Numbered from the stretch's first letter, positions 37,783 through 49,824 are shown. The stretch: DNA of 64,000 nucleotides from Mobula birostris (GCF_030028105.1 NC_092390.1:42452777-42516776), one strand, 5' to 3'. Notes: generated by a model not told the origin, from the sequence alone. A program made the numbers and translations.

Positions 37783-40021
37783 AGCAACACACACAAAATG
37801 CTGGTGGAATGCAGCAGGCCAAGCAGCATCTATAGGAAGAAGTACAGTCGATGTTTCGGGTTGAGGCCCTTCGTCAGGACTAACGGAAAAAAGAGATAGT
37901 AAAAGATTTGAAAGTGGGAGGGAGAGGGGAAGTCCCAAAATGATTCATCAGGACTAATGGAAAAAAGAGATAGTAAGAGATTTGAAAGAGAGAGGGGGAG
38001 GAAGAGACCCGAAATGATAGGAGAAGACAGGAGGGGAAGGGTTGCCAATCTACTTCCCAGCTCTTGGCTCCATCCCTCCTCCTCCTTTGAACAGGTACTT
38101 TGAATCTGTCTTCACTAGGGAAGACACAAACAATCTCCCAGATGTAATAGTGGCCAAAGGACCTAGGGTAATGGATGAACTGAAGGAAATTTATATTAGG
38201 CAGGAAATGGTGTTGGATAGACTGTTGGGTCTGAAGGCTGATAAGTCCCTGGGACCTGATGGTCTGCATCCCAGGGTACTTAAGGAGGTGGCTTTAGAAA
38301 AAGTGGATGCATTGGTAATCATCTTCCAATGTTCTATAGATTCAGGATCAGTTCCTGTGGATTGGAGGGTGGCTAATGTTGTCCCTCTCTTCAAGAAGGG
38401 AGGAAGAGGGAAAACAGGGAATTATAGACCGGTTAACCTGACGTCGGTGGTGGGAAAGATGCTGGAGTCAATTATAAAAGATGAAATTACAACACATCTG
38501 GATAGCAGTAACAGGATCGGTCCGAGTCAGCATGGATTTATGAAGGGGAAATTGTGCTTGACTAATCTTCTGGAATTTTTTGAGGATATAACTATGAAAA
38601 TGGACAAGGGAGAGCCAGTGGATGTAGTGTACCTGGACTTTCAGGAAGCCTTTGATAAAGTCCCACATAAGAGATTAGTGGGCAAAATTAGGGCACATGG
38701 TATTGGGGGCAGAGTACTGACGTGGATTGAAAATTGGCTGGCTGACAGAAAACAAAGAGTAGCGATTAATGGGTCCCTTTCGGAATGGCAGGCGGTGACC
38801 AGTGGGGTACCGCAGGGTTCAGCGCTGGGACCGCAGCTGTTTACAATGTATATTAATGATTTAGATGAGGGAATTAGAAGTAACATTAGCAAATTTGCCA
38901 ATGACACAAAGTTGTGTGGCAGTGTGAAATGTGAGGAGGATGTTATGAGAATGCAGGGTGACTTGGACAGGCTGGGTGAGTGGGCAGATGCAGTTTAATG
39001 TGGATAAATGTGAAGTTATCCACTTTGATGGTAAGAACAGGAAGGCAGATTATTATCTAAATGGAGTCAAGTTAGGAAAAAGGAAAGTACAACGAGATCT
39101 AGATGTTCTTGTACATCAGTCACTGAAAGCAAGTATGCAAGTTAAACAGGCAGTGAAGAAAGCTAATGGCATGCTGGCCTTCATAACAAGGGGGATTGAG
39201 CATAAGAGCAAAGAGGTCCTTCTGCAGCTATACAGGGCCCTGGTGAGACCACATCTGGAGTATTGTCTGCAGTTTTGGTCTCCAAATTTGAGGAAGGACG
39301 TTCTTGCTATTAAGGGAGTGCAGCATAGGTCCACAGGGTTAATTCCCGGGATGGTGGGACTGTCATATGTCGAAAGATTGGAGCGACTGGGCTTGTATAC
39401 TCTGGAATTTAGAAGGCTGAGAGGGGATCTTACTGAAACATATAAGATTATTAAGGGATTGGACACGCTGGAGGCAGGAAGCATGTTCCCGCTGATGGGT
39501 GAGTCCAGGACCAGAGGCCACAGTTTAAAAATAAGGGGTAGGCCATTTAGAACAGAGCTGAGGAAAAACTTTTTCACCCAGAGAATGGTGGATATATGGA
39601 ATGCTCTGTCCCAACAGGCTGTGGAGGCCAAGTCTCTGGATGTTTTCAAGAAAGAGATGGATAGAGCTCTTAAAGATAGCGGAATCAAAGGTTATGGGGA
39701 CAAGGCAGGAACTGGATACTGATTGTGGATGATCAGCTATGATCACAGTGAATGGCGGTGCTGGCTTGAAGGGCCAAATGGCCTACTCTTGCACCTATTG
39801 TCTATTGTCTATTGTCCTGTCTTCTCCTAGCATTTCGGGTCTCCTCTTCCCCCTCCCGCTTTCAAATCTCTTACTATCTCCTTTTTCCGTTAGTCCTGAT
39901 GAAGGGTCTCGACGCGAAATGTCGACTGTACTTCCTCCTATAGATGCTGCCTGGCCTCCTGCATTCCACCAGCATTTTGTGTGTGTTGCTTGGATTTCCG
40001 GCATCTGCAGATTTCCTCGTG
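37783..40021. mobile_element. Inverted Penelope pseudo-LTR pair with nested CR1, TSD-flanked
   Basis: ACTGCATTGGTCA (37770-37782) and ACTGCATTGGCCA (40022-40034); hammerhead motifs at 37846-37881(-) and 39892-39927(+). Confidence 0.85.
38088..39814 (+). mobile_element. Young 5'-truncated CR1 (HER1-like) LINE, RT pseudogene
   Basis: ORFs 38042-38998 and 38958-39722: GPDGLHPRVLKE, GNYRPVNLTS, LDFQEAFDKVPH, SGVPQGSALGP, KFANDTK, RPHLEYC; one frameshift; (CTATTGT)n tail. Confidence 0.95.
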
Positions 40022-40249
40022 ACTGCATTGGCCAGCGAGTTGCCCTGCAGAATGAGTTAGTTTATTACTGTCACAGGTATCAGGTTTTGCTTTAAATGCC
40101 ACCCAGACAGATCATTCTCTACGAAAGTACATCAAGCTGATGAACAAGTACAAAAAGAAAGAAAAAACAGAACGTCAAATATAGTGTTACAGTTACAGAG
40201 AAAGTTCAGTGCAAGTAAGCAAATAATATTTCATGAAGAAATATTATTC

Positions 40250-40745
40250 ATGAGAGTGTACAGAGGAGATTTACTAAAATGTTGCCTGGGTTTCATCTCC
40301 TAAGTTACAGAGAAAGGTTGAACAAGTTAGGTCTTTATTCTTTGGAGCGTAGAAGGTTGAGGGGGGACTTGATAGAGGTGTTTAAAATTATGAGGGGGAT
40401 TGATAGAGTTGACGTGGATAGGCTTTTTCCATTGAGAATGGGGGAGATTCAAACAAAAGGACATGAGTTGAGAGTTAAAGGGCAAAAGTTTAGGGGTAAC
40501 ATGAGGGGAACTTCTTTACTCAGAGAGTGGTAGCTGTGTGGAACGAGCTTCCAGCAGAAGTGGTGGAGGTAGGTTTGATGCTGTCATTTAAAGTTAAGTT
40601 GGATAGATATATGGACAGGAAAGGAATGGAGGATTATGGGCTAAGTGCAGGTCGGTGGGACTAGGTGAGAGTAAGAGCTCGGCACGGACTAGAAGGGCCG
40701 AGATGGCCTGTTTCAGTGCTGTAATTGTTATATGGCTATGTGGTT
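40250..40745 (+). mobile_element. CR1 3' fragment
   Basis: LSYRERLNKLGLYSLERRRLRGDLIEVFKIMRG. Confidence 0.9.
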
Positions 40746-40759
40746 ATACTGGGAGATCA

Positions 40760-41130
40760 TGAGTTCATGTTATAGCTCTGAGCAATCGTCTTATAACAGC
40801 AGGAAAGCAGTTGTGCTTGGGACAGTTGATACCTGTTCTCAAACTTTTTTATCTAACTGGGGGTGGGGGAGCAGGGAGAATGAGAGGGGTGAGGGATGGG
40901 TTGCCCTTGACTACTTTCCCCGTGCAGTGGGACGTGTAGACAAAGTCAATGGAAGGAAGCCGGGTTCGATGATGGACTGGACTGCAGTCACAGGCCTCTG
41001 CAATTTCTTGGTAGAGCCGTCGCTATACCAAGCTGTGATGTATCTGTGTAGGGTGCTGTCTGAGGTCCATCTGTAAAATGTGGTGAGGGTCATCGGGGAT
41101 GTGTTAAATTTCCTTAGCATTCTGAAGAAT
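40760..41130 (-). mobile_element. Rex1 fragment
   Basis: LTTFYRWTSDSTL..YITAWY. Confidence 0.7.
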
Positions 41131-41340
41131 CTACTCCCAGTAAGTTCTTACCTACCTGCTCAACAAGTGTCTTTTTGTTTCTTCTTCCTTAAAAATGATC
41201 AAAACACATTTATACTGTATCTGGAATAATCTGGTTGTCTTGGGAGTGAAGAATAGACAGGTGAATCTGGAGGTTAGGTGTCTGAAAAGGGACTTAATTG
41301 AAAGATGTTAGATCCTGAGGCATCTTTACAGGGGAGGTAA

Positions 41341-42036
41341 GGGGAGGAGAAGATGGCGGCACGACGCAGCACGCACGGCCACTCCGAAACGATACCGTAT
41401 TTGTTAAATAGGGGCCGTGCACAATCCTGATTTGATGGAGACAGATGTGAAGAAGCATAGAGGAGCATATCAAGAAACTTCTGAAATGCCTGCTTTGCTG
41501 CCGCTGCTGCTGTGCGATCGAGAATCTCTGGAGGGGAAGGCCCCAAATCCTTGGCTTTCCCTATAGCCTGTTGCCGGGGCCAGTGTCAAAGCGCTTGGCA
41601 GAGATGATGCTTGGTGCTTGGTGTTGGAGGGCTGGTCGGAGGCTCGAAATTTTCAGACGGACTCAGATTTGGACTGTGGTCGGGTGCTTCCAGGATGTTG
41701 CATCGGCAAGGTTGCAGCACTGGAAGCTCATGGCAGGGAGAGTTTCTCCCTTCAACCGTCTGTGTGAGATGATGGGACTTTCGAGAGACTTTGAGACTTT
41801 GTTTTACTGTGCCCATGGTCTGCTCTTCATCAAATTACAGTATTACTTTGCACTGTTGTAACTATATGTTATAATTATGTGGTTTTTGTCAGTTTTTTTG
41901 GTCTTGGTTTGTCTTGTGTTTCTGTGATATCATTCTGGAGGAACAAATTGTATCATTTCTTAATGCATGCATTACTAAATGACAATAAAAGAGGACTGTG
42001 TGTCCTGATAATCTAATCTAGTCTAACCTAATCTAA
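41341..42036 (+). mobile_element. Young non-autonomous retroelement
   Basis: Starts GGGGAGGAGAAGATGGCGGC, CpG-rich, no coding motifs, AATAAA and (TAATC)n tail. Confidence 0.7.
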
Positions 42037-42357
42037 AAGCATTGTTTCCATTGCTCTTTGATACCAGTTCCAAAGACTTATTGCTACCTTAAATGGAAAA
42101 CTCCTCAATCTTAAACAGTGATCCCTAGTTCTGTTATCTCCCACAAGAAACGTCCTCTCCATATCTACCCTGCCAAGATGCCTCAGACTCTAATATCTTT
42201 CAATTCACCTGTCTATTCTTCACTCCCAAGACAACCAGATTATTCCAGATGCAGTATAAAGCTAGTAAGCTTTCTCCAATCTGCTTCTTTCTTTTAATTA
42301 CAAAGCTTTCTTTCTTTCAATTACAACCTTCTTTAAATAAGGAGATCAATACAGTAA

Positions 42358-43255
42358 CAACAAACAGGAGAGAATCTGCAGATGCTGAGAGTTCGAGCAA
42401 CACACACAAAATGCTGGAGGAACTCAGCAGGCCAGCAGCATGTAGGAAAAGAGTACAGTCGACGTTTCAGGATGAAACCCTTCGGCAGGACTGGAGAAAA
42501 AATGCTGAGGAGTAGAATTAAAAGGTGGGGGGGGGGTGGGAAGAGGGAAACACAAGGTGGGAGGTGAAACCTGAAGGGGGAGGGCTGAAGTAAAGAGCTG
42601 GGAAGTAAATTGGTGAAAGAGACAGAAGGCCACGGAAGAAAGAAAAGGGGGGAGGAGCACCAGAGGGAGGCAATGGACAGGCAGGGAGATAAGGTGAGGG
42701 AGGGAAAAGGGGATGCGAAATGGTGAAGGAGAGTGGGGTGGAGGGCATTACTGGAAGTTTGAGAAATCGATGTTCATGCCATCAGGTTGGAGGCTACCCA
42801 AATGGAATATAAGGTGTTGTTCCTCCAACCTGAGTGTGGCCTCATCATGACAGTGGAGGAGGCCGCGGATGGACATATCAGAATGGGAATGGGAAGTGGA
42901 ATTACAATGGGAGGCCACTGGGAGATGTCACTTTTTCTGGCGGATGGAGCACAGGTGCTCAGCGAAGCAGTCTCTCAATCTACGCTGGGTCTCACCAATA
43001 TACAGGAGGCCACACCGGGAGCACCGGACACAGAATATGACCCCAACAGACTCACAGGTGAAGTGGCGCCACACCTGGAGGAACTGTTTGGGACCTGAAT
43101 GGTAGTGAAGGAGGAGGTGTAGGGGCAGGTGTAGCACTTGTTCTGCTTTCAAGGATAAGTGCCAGGAGGGAGATTAGTGGGGAGGGATGAAAGGACAAGG
43201 GAATCATGTAGGGAGCGATCCCTGTGGAAAACAGAAAGTGGGAGGGAGGGAAAGG
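42358..43255 (-). mobile_element. Penelope-like element 3' part
   Basis: FTCESVGVIFCVRCSRCGLLYIGETQRRLRDCFAEHL (GIY-YIG); pseudo-LTR with variant hammerhead at 42457-42492. Confidence 0.9.
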
Positions 43256-43349
43256 TTTGGCCAGCACGTGTTTGTCTAGGGGAAGGCAGCCTCTGGTGCC
43301 GTCAGACTTAGAAATCTCATTTGTGTGGATGCTGCGTGATGTGTTGCCC

Positions 43350-43821
43350 AGTTACAAATCCAAACCGCAAAATATCTCAGACAGTACACCGCATGCAACT
43401 AAATGATTGAACTTTACAAATCTTAATCTGAGTATAGGGTTAGTAAAGAAAATAAAAAGAACAAGGGCCCATTTTAAGGAAGAGGTCAAATGTGCACGTT
43501 GGAGCTCACAGATAAGGCCATTCGTCCACCATTGACATCCTCTGAGTGTCACTGACCTTCGGACCCTCTCTCCCCGTCCACACCGTCCGGTGGTCTACCA
43601 GCTCTCTCCACACGCGTCTTCCCTCTTCCTTCGCTGACAAAAGACTGCGAAATCCCTGCTCCCAGACCCACAAGAAAGAACAGCATCCCGCTCATTGGCC
43701 AACATGCCCCGTTATCTCTAGTCATAACCCAAACACTGCTGCTACAGAGAAACCATTACCTTAGCAGTGGAACATTACTGAGCGGCCATTACCTTAGCAG
43801 TGAAAGCTTACAGTACATTAC
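43350..43821. mobile_element. Possible solo LTR-like element
   Basis: Ends AGTTACA.. / ..CATTACA; internal direct repeat CCATTACCTTAGCAGTG x2; no coding motifs. Confidence 0.35.
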
Positions 43822-44015
43822 ACCTACAACCTTCCAAACCGAACAATATGTCTTCGGAATGTGAGAGGAAAGCAGAGCAGCCGGAGGAAACACATGCAGT
43901 CACGGGAATAACATACAAACTCCTTACAGACAGTGGTGGGAAGTGAAGCCTGATCCTCTGATCAATCACTGGCAGCCTAGAGCGTTACATTAGCCACCAC
44001 ACTACCCTGCCGCCC
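43822..44015 (-). mobile_element. V-SINE-like SINE
   Basis: GGAAAGCAGAGCAGCCGGAGGAAACACATGCAGTCACGGG..CAAACTCCTTACAGACAG is the reverse complement of the SINE core. Confidence 0.8.
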
Positions 44016-44639
44016 TAATGTTGTGGATTGAACCTCATCCTATGACCTTCTCCCTGCTTCCTGAAAAGCCACTTCGTGTGTCAGTCATTCTGTCTTCTTA
44101 TACCTGCAGACAGTCAAGCCTAGAAGGTGCAATCCATGGCAATATATTGGGGATTAGAGTATTAACTCTGAATGCTGTCAATTGTATACACATGAGACGC
44201 ATGAAAGGCCCTGGAGATAAATTATTGACTTTGTAGAATGCAATTTAACAAATCATTTCCTGACAAAATTGCATTGAGTAGCATTAACATTGTTTCACAA
44301 GATATAACGTGTCGTTTACTTTTGAATAATGCAAAACGTTCTACATAGTAGTGTCTCTTAATGACAGTACCAGAATACTGAGGACTTTCATTGGGATGTG
44401 GGGGGGAGTAACTGTTAGTACTCAGTGGTCAGTGGATGGGAATTTATCTTGTGGGGCCAAAGCAACTGAACAGATGGTTGTGTTACACATGCACAACTGG
44501 GTTAACAACTCCACTCAACGAGGGGTAACTGCGTCTCTCTGTTTATATTTTCTCCTTCCAATTCTCATGAGATGCTTATCTTCCAAATCAGAACAACTTT
44601 GCGACTAACATATTGATGTGGATCTCATGTGAACTAACT

Positions 44640-45110
44640 GTGCTAAGTTACATCAAACATTATGACACATCTCCACTGATTCTTTTGTCTGACAATTAAC
44701 AGCAGGCAAAAACTGTGACAGAAGTTGTAAGTGGCATCACATTTGTAGATCGTGAACCATGCAGCAGCAACATGGGGTTGAAAATGAACCAAATGAGTCC
44801 ATCTTGTCAGCAGGTATCGAGCACATACAGAGTCCAATCTTCTGGTGCCAGTGTAATGGCCCATTGCTTCAGGTAAAGCAGGAGACCAGAAGCTTTCCTT
44901 AAGCCTGCATAAGGCATCCATTAGACATTTTTTTCAATAGGTTAGTAAGAGACCCTCTCCCCTTTTTAGTACCCAAAGCCAGTAAAGCACACTGATGCCT
45001 CAACTTCTCAAAGGGCGAAGGAAATTGGGCATGTCCCAAGTGACTCTTACTGATGCACCACAGAAACATCGTGTCTATGATGTAGAGACGTTGTAATGAC
45101 GTGCATGATG
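44640..45110 (-). mobile_element. Ancient DIRS/Ngaro-like fragment (RNase H end + tyrosine recombinase start)
   Basis: Aligns by eye with 48085-48470; AQFPSPFEKLRH ~ AD.LSRFQ.FR; MQA*GKLLVSC ~ Y..AW..F..FC. Confidence 0.45.
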
Positions 45111-45642
45111 TTTTTGAGGATATACAGTACATGATACAAATAATATTGTGATGATCAACATGATGTGTGACGATCTACAGATATTTGTTATGAGGTGCAA
45201 AAGGCAAATATGTACAGCTAAGATTTTTGCACAGTACTGTAACTATATTATATATTTCACTGTACTGCTGCTGCAAGTAAAAACAAATTTCATGACATAT
45301 GTGAGTGATGATAAATCTGATTCTGATATGGCTCTCTATTGTGGACTGAGAATGGGAAGGGGGCAAGGAGAACGGGATCATGGTTGGGAAAAAGGGAATG
45401 GAGAGGGAAGTGAGCAGGAAGCACTGGAGAGAAATTCTGTAATGATCAATAAACTAATTGTTTGGAATCAAGTGACCTTGGCTGGTATCTCAGGGCTGAG
45501 TGTGTCTTCACCTGTGCTAACCCCACCCCTCACACTCCTTCTCTGCCACCTGTCTGACACCCCTCCCATGGTGCTCCATCCTCACTATTCCCAACATTCC
45601 CGCCAGATCTACAAACTTGCTTTCCACTCCGTGTTGATAAAT

Positions 45643-45712
45643 ACAGTACTGTGAAAAAGTCAGAGGTGCCCTAGCTATATATATATATGTGCCTAAGAAT
45701 TTTGAACAGTGC
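45643..45712. mobile_element. Short Tc1-type palindromic MITE
   Basis: TA-CAGTACTGTGAAAAAG...GAATTTTGAACAGTGC; a matching end TTTTGCACAGTACTG-TA lies near 45224-45241. Confidence 0.55.
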
Positions 45713-45995
45713 TTTAAATTAAACTACATAATGTGATAGTGTACATAATGCAAAAATCATATGAGCTCCAATTTAAGATGTTCGGAGAAGGTAAACGGCC
45801 CTTACAAGTCCTTCTTTACAAATCCCTGGACTGGTTGTTTCAAAAGTAATTTAAATATATTGCAACAAGTGGGACAAATTGGGCAAAGAAAGCAGAATGT
45901 TTTCCCCAAACACGTCCCCTGATACTGTATTCCTGTGGACTTTTATATGGACCTGCAGCCTTTGGGTTCATGACGCAGGAAAATACTTGTCCTTG

Positions 45996-46014
45996 TGGTG
46001 CCATCTGGTGTCGA
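45996..46014 (-). promoter_or_regulatory. Candidate CTCF site
   Basis: Reverse complement TCGACACCAGATGGCACCA matches CCASYAGRKGGCRS with one mismatch; lies in non-repeat sequence. Confidence 0.45.
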
Positions 46015-46250
46015 AACTCTCAGCATGAATCCTAAATATCAGAGCAGATTTGGCTGGAATTAATCACTGACCGCATAACATTTCCAAGTCTTCAAAAAGA
46101 AAGTTGTATTAATTTCCAAAACATAGTGCATCATGTGATGTTCTCCCAATGAACTCAACCCTTTCTTTTAACCAGAATAAAGAAATGGAAACAGGATGAA
46201 GGGAACTAAAGTGCCTCTTCCCATTGCCCACTTGCTATCATAGAGTTATT

Positions 46251-46790
46251 CAGAATCAGAATTAGATTTAATATCACTGAGATAGGTCATGAAATTTGTT
46301 GTTTTGCAGCAGCAGTACATTGGAAAACATATTAATAAAAACTGTGAATTACAGTAAGTATATATCAGAATCAGGTTTAATATCATTGGCATATATTGTG
46401 AAATATATTAACTTTGTGGCAGTAGTACAATGCAATGCATGATAAACATAAAATACTGAATTACAGTAAGTATCTATATGTATATTACATAGTTAAGTTA
46501 AAAGAAATTGTACAAGAACAGAAATAATTTAAAATTAGTGAAGTAGTGTTCATGGGTTCAATGTCCATCTAGAAATCAGATGGCAGAGCGGAAGAAGCTG
46601 TTCCTGAATCGCGGAGTGTGTACCTCCAGGCTCCGATATCTCCTCCCTGATGGTAACAGTGGGAAGAAGGCATGTCGTCGGTGGGGGAGGTCCTTAATGA
46701 TGGATACCACCTTCCTCAGGCACCACACCTTGAAGATGTCTTGGATACTACGAAGACGAGTACCCTTGATGGAGCTGACTGATTTTACAT
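46251..46790 (-). mobile_element. Rex1 3' end with tandemly duplicated tail
   Basis: LLPSGRRYRSLEVHTPRFRNSFF; CAGAATCAG..TTTAATATCA..GAATTACAGTAAGTAT occurs twice. Confidence 0.8.
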
Positions 46791-47829
46791 ATACATTAAA
46801 AAAGTTATGGAATTGAGCCCTTTGGCCCATCTGGTCGATGCTGACCATGATACCCCATCAAAGTTAGTCCCATTTTCTACCAGTTTTACATTTTCTTCTG
46901 TTATAATGCAGTCCTGATTTCCCAGGAGATTCTTTTGACAGCAATGCAACTTGAAGATTTCTGAATATGTTTAAATTAAAACTCAAATCGTCTCAATACC
47001 CATTAATTGAGCGTGCAGCCTCACTAATTTGACCCTACTTCTGCTTGCTAACCATGGGCTACACATGTCAAGCAGTTGTCCTGTTAAAAGCCTATCCTTT
47101 TTGACATTTTAAGTATTTGCACACACTGCTTGATGAGATCACAGTAAATGCTCTTAGCAAATTCCACATCCTGTGAATTAATTTTACTTTAAATGAAGTG
47201 CTCGGGTGGTTAAGATCCATTCTGAATTGTTCAGGGACATCTCACACAGCAACTGTTTTATTTTATGGATCCTCCAAGGAATCACATTCTGGAACTGGAA
47301 AGAAGAGGAGGAGAAATAGCAAAACAAAGCAAGCGGTGAAAGGTCTATAAATGGGAATCTTTACTTCATCACTTCCCAGTAAGCCCAAGTTCAATTCTCT
47401 GAAAATCAATGTGTAGGCCAGCTTCCCTTCTTGCAAAAGCAAGACAAAGTGAAGTGACACAAGAAACTGCGAATGCTGGACATCTGGACCAGCACACAAA
47501 AAGCAGGAGGAACTCTGAATCAGAATCAGGATCGTTATCATGGACACGTTACATAAATAATTCCTGAAAGTTACAACAAGAAATTCTAAAAAAATAAGTA
47601 AGTCGAGCAAAAAGAAAGCAAAACGTGAGGTGGTTTTCATGGTCCATTGAAAAGTCAGATGGCAGAAGGGAAGAAGCTGTTCCTGATCTTTGAGTGTGTA
47701 CCTTCAGGCTCCTGTACCCCCTCACTGATAGCAGCACTGAGAAATTAACAGCTCAGGTGGCATCTAAGGAGGGAAATGAGCATTTTGGATTGAAACCCTT
47801 TATCACGATTGTCAAATTTAAACTGGATC

Positions 47830-49260
47830 CCGTGGCAGACCTGCACTTAATATCTTGAGTTAAGTAGCACTACACCACACAATCAGAGTGCCTATAGTCC
47901 AATTCCTGAAAGTCTCCAACTGTTTACGGACTAAACAGGTAACCAATGCATTGTTCAGGAGAATAGAGTCATCACATAACGCATCATCAAGGAACTGAAG
48001 GACAGGGCTCCAGGGTCCAAAGGTCACCTCAAGTCTGAACTGTTCAGCAATAGCACATTGCAGTGAACTTTGAACTTTGTGGAGGTACATTAAACATTAT
48101 ATCTCCACTGATTTTCTTCCTTTGACAATAAACAGTTTGTGAATTGGTGTTCTGTTAATGACATCTCAGGTGTGATGATCATGAACCAAAAAGCAGAAAT
48201 GCAAGTGTGAAGATGAAGGAATCCACCTTTTGAAAAGTTATCAACCACACAGAGAGCCTAACATTCTGTGCCAGTATAATGATTGCTTGATCTAGATAAA
48301 CCAGTAGACCAGAAATTTCACCCAAGCCTGCGTAACACCGCCTTTCAATACATAAATATGTGACTGAGACTATTCCTCTCTCTTTAGGACCCATCTTGGA
48401 AACTAACTTGTCCGACAGGAGTGGAACAGGTGTTTGTCTACAGTGCTCAAGACCAATGCCCACTTTTCAAAAAGAGATTGATATCGGTATCAAAGTTTTA
48501 CCAGGGTACATAAACAGCTACACATTATTGGGTTGCTAATGTCCTTATTGGGTGATCCAAATGCCACTCTGGTACTACCTCGGCTTGCGACTGTAATTGG
48601 GCGGAGGAGTCCATTACGGCTTAGACAAGAGTTCATGAGCTGTTTGACACTGCAGCCTCCTGCAGCTTGTGTCTGAAGGGACTCACAAGAACATTGCAGC
48701 AGCTTAGAATCTAGTGAAGCTGTATCACCCAAATTTCTCTCTAAGTATGCTGCCCAATTAACTGACCACACCAAACATCTTCTGCCTTCATGTTTGATAT
48801 TGCATCCCCTGAACTGAAATGTCATACTCCCAGTCTGGGATAGACAGCTGTATGGATTTGTGAGACAATAGGTTCCAGAGGAGTCAAAATGCTGTTTGCA
48901 CTCTTGTTAGCAATCTGCACAGAGGAAAGACTTGAATCCAGAGCCCAGTGTAGTGTATACAAGAACCACGATCTGTGGCATCAGAGGAGACAACTTATTA
49001 CAGAATCTATCAAGGTAACAAGCCCTTCAGGATAGATCCACTGTCACTTCCTTGTGAGGAAATCTTCTTATTGAGCTCTACCATGCCACCTGGTGCACTG
49101 GAAAAATTTCCTGGCCTATAATTCAACCACTTGCACAATTACCAGACCACTGAAACAATCTCCAGTTAAATATTGAACCCCTAATTCAGTCTCTCAGTAG
49201 AGCTGGAAGATGAACAGGCCTTCCAGTTAGCAATCCTGTGGCCTTCTTTATGACCTTCAC
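47830..49260 (-). mobile_element. Ancient DIRS/Ngaro-like tyrosine-recombinase retrotransposon remnant (RT C-terminus, RNase H, YR)
   Basis: Ordered degenerate motifs across frameshifts: VQYLTG..VV..ARKFF, EVTVDLS*..YLDRF, VSSDATDRG, YVP(G)K..(A)D.IS, TPVP, QAWVKFLVYW, CISAFWF. Confidence 0.55.
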
Positions 49261-49824
49261 TTTCTTCAGCTCACCACCGCTCACAAATTTCTCAGTAAAA
49301 TTGTCCACTACGACATTTGTGAGAGGTGGTGAGCTGAAGAAGGCTGTACAGATGTTACTATGGTCTCCAATGACATTGCTGTATTTCTGATTCAAGTACT
49401 TTACCCTTAATTATGAAACCTGATTTATTTTCCAATTTCTGTGTGTTCATATTAATATCTGATCGGATGTGAGAATTGTGTGGCAGTCCTCCTTTTCAAT
49501 GGTGTAACAATGTGAGACCAGTTTAGTCAGTTGTTATCACTGCAACAGTTGTTACTTACCACAGTCTTATCAGTTTAGAACAGGCAAGTGTTACATTTGC
49601 CCAAAAAGAATCATATTTTCAAAATTTGCACAGCTATGAGAGTCATGACTTTGAATGAGCCACAAGGAGATCACAGCTGCAGACGTTAAAGGTCTTAATT
49701 CAGCACAACAAGCAGACTTAGAGGGGAGCAAAGTATAGGCAGCTGGAAGAACTCAACAGGTCAGGCAGCAGCTGTGAGTGAAAATGGTTGTCAAATTTAC
49801 AACGCGAGACCCTTCACCTGTATT

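Noticed and set aside
38890-38910. Shared FADD-to-FAND change in both young CR1 copies as a novel RT variant
   Set aside because: Codon contexts differ (GCC AAT vs GCG AAT) and the copies belong to different subfamilies; most simply independent G-to-A decay
38042-39722. Longest ORFs (318 and 254 aa) as host genes
   Set aside because: They are one frameshifted, 5'-truncated CR1 RT; the N-terminal residues come from flanking Penelope sequence
44640-44921. Gypsy/ERV integrase reading of LKESFWSPALPEAMGHY
   Set aside because: No HHCC or DDE residues; neighbouring motif order fits a DIRS RNase H/recombinase junction better
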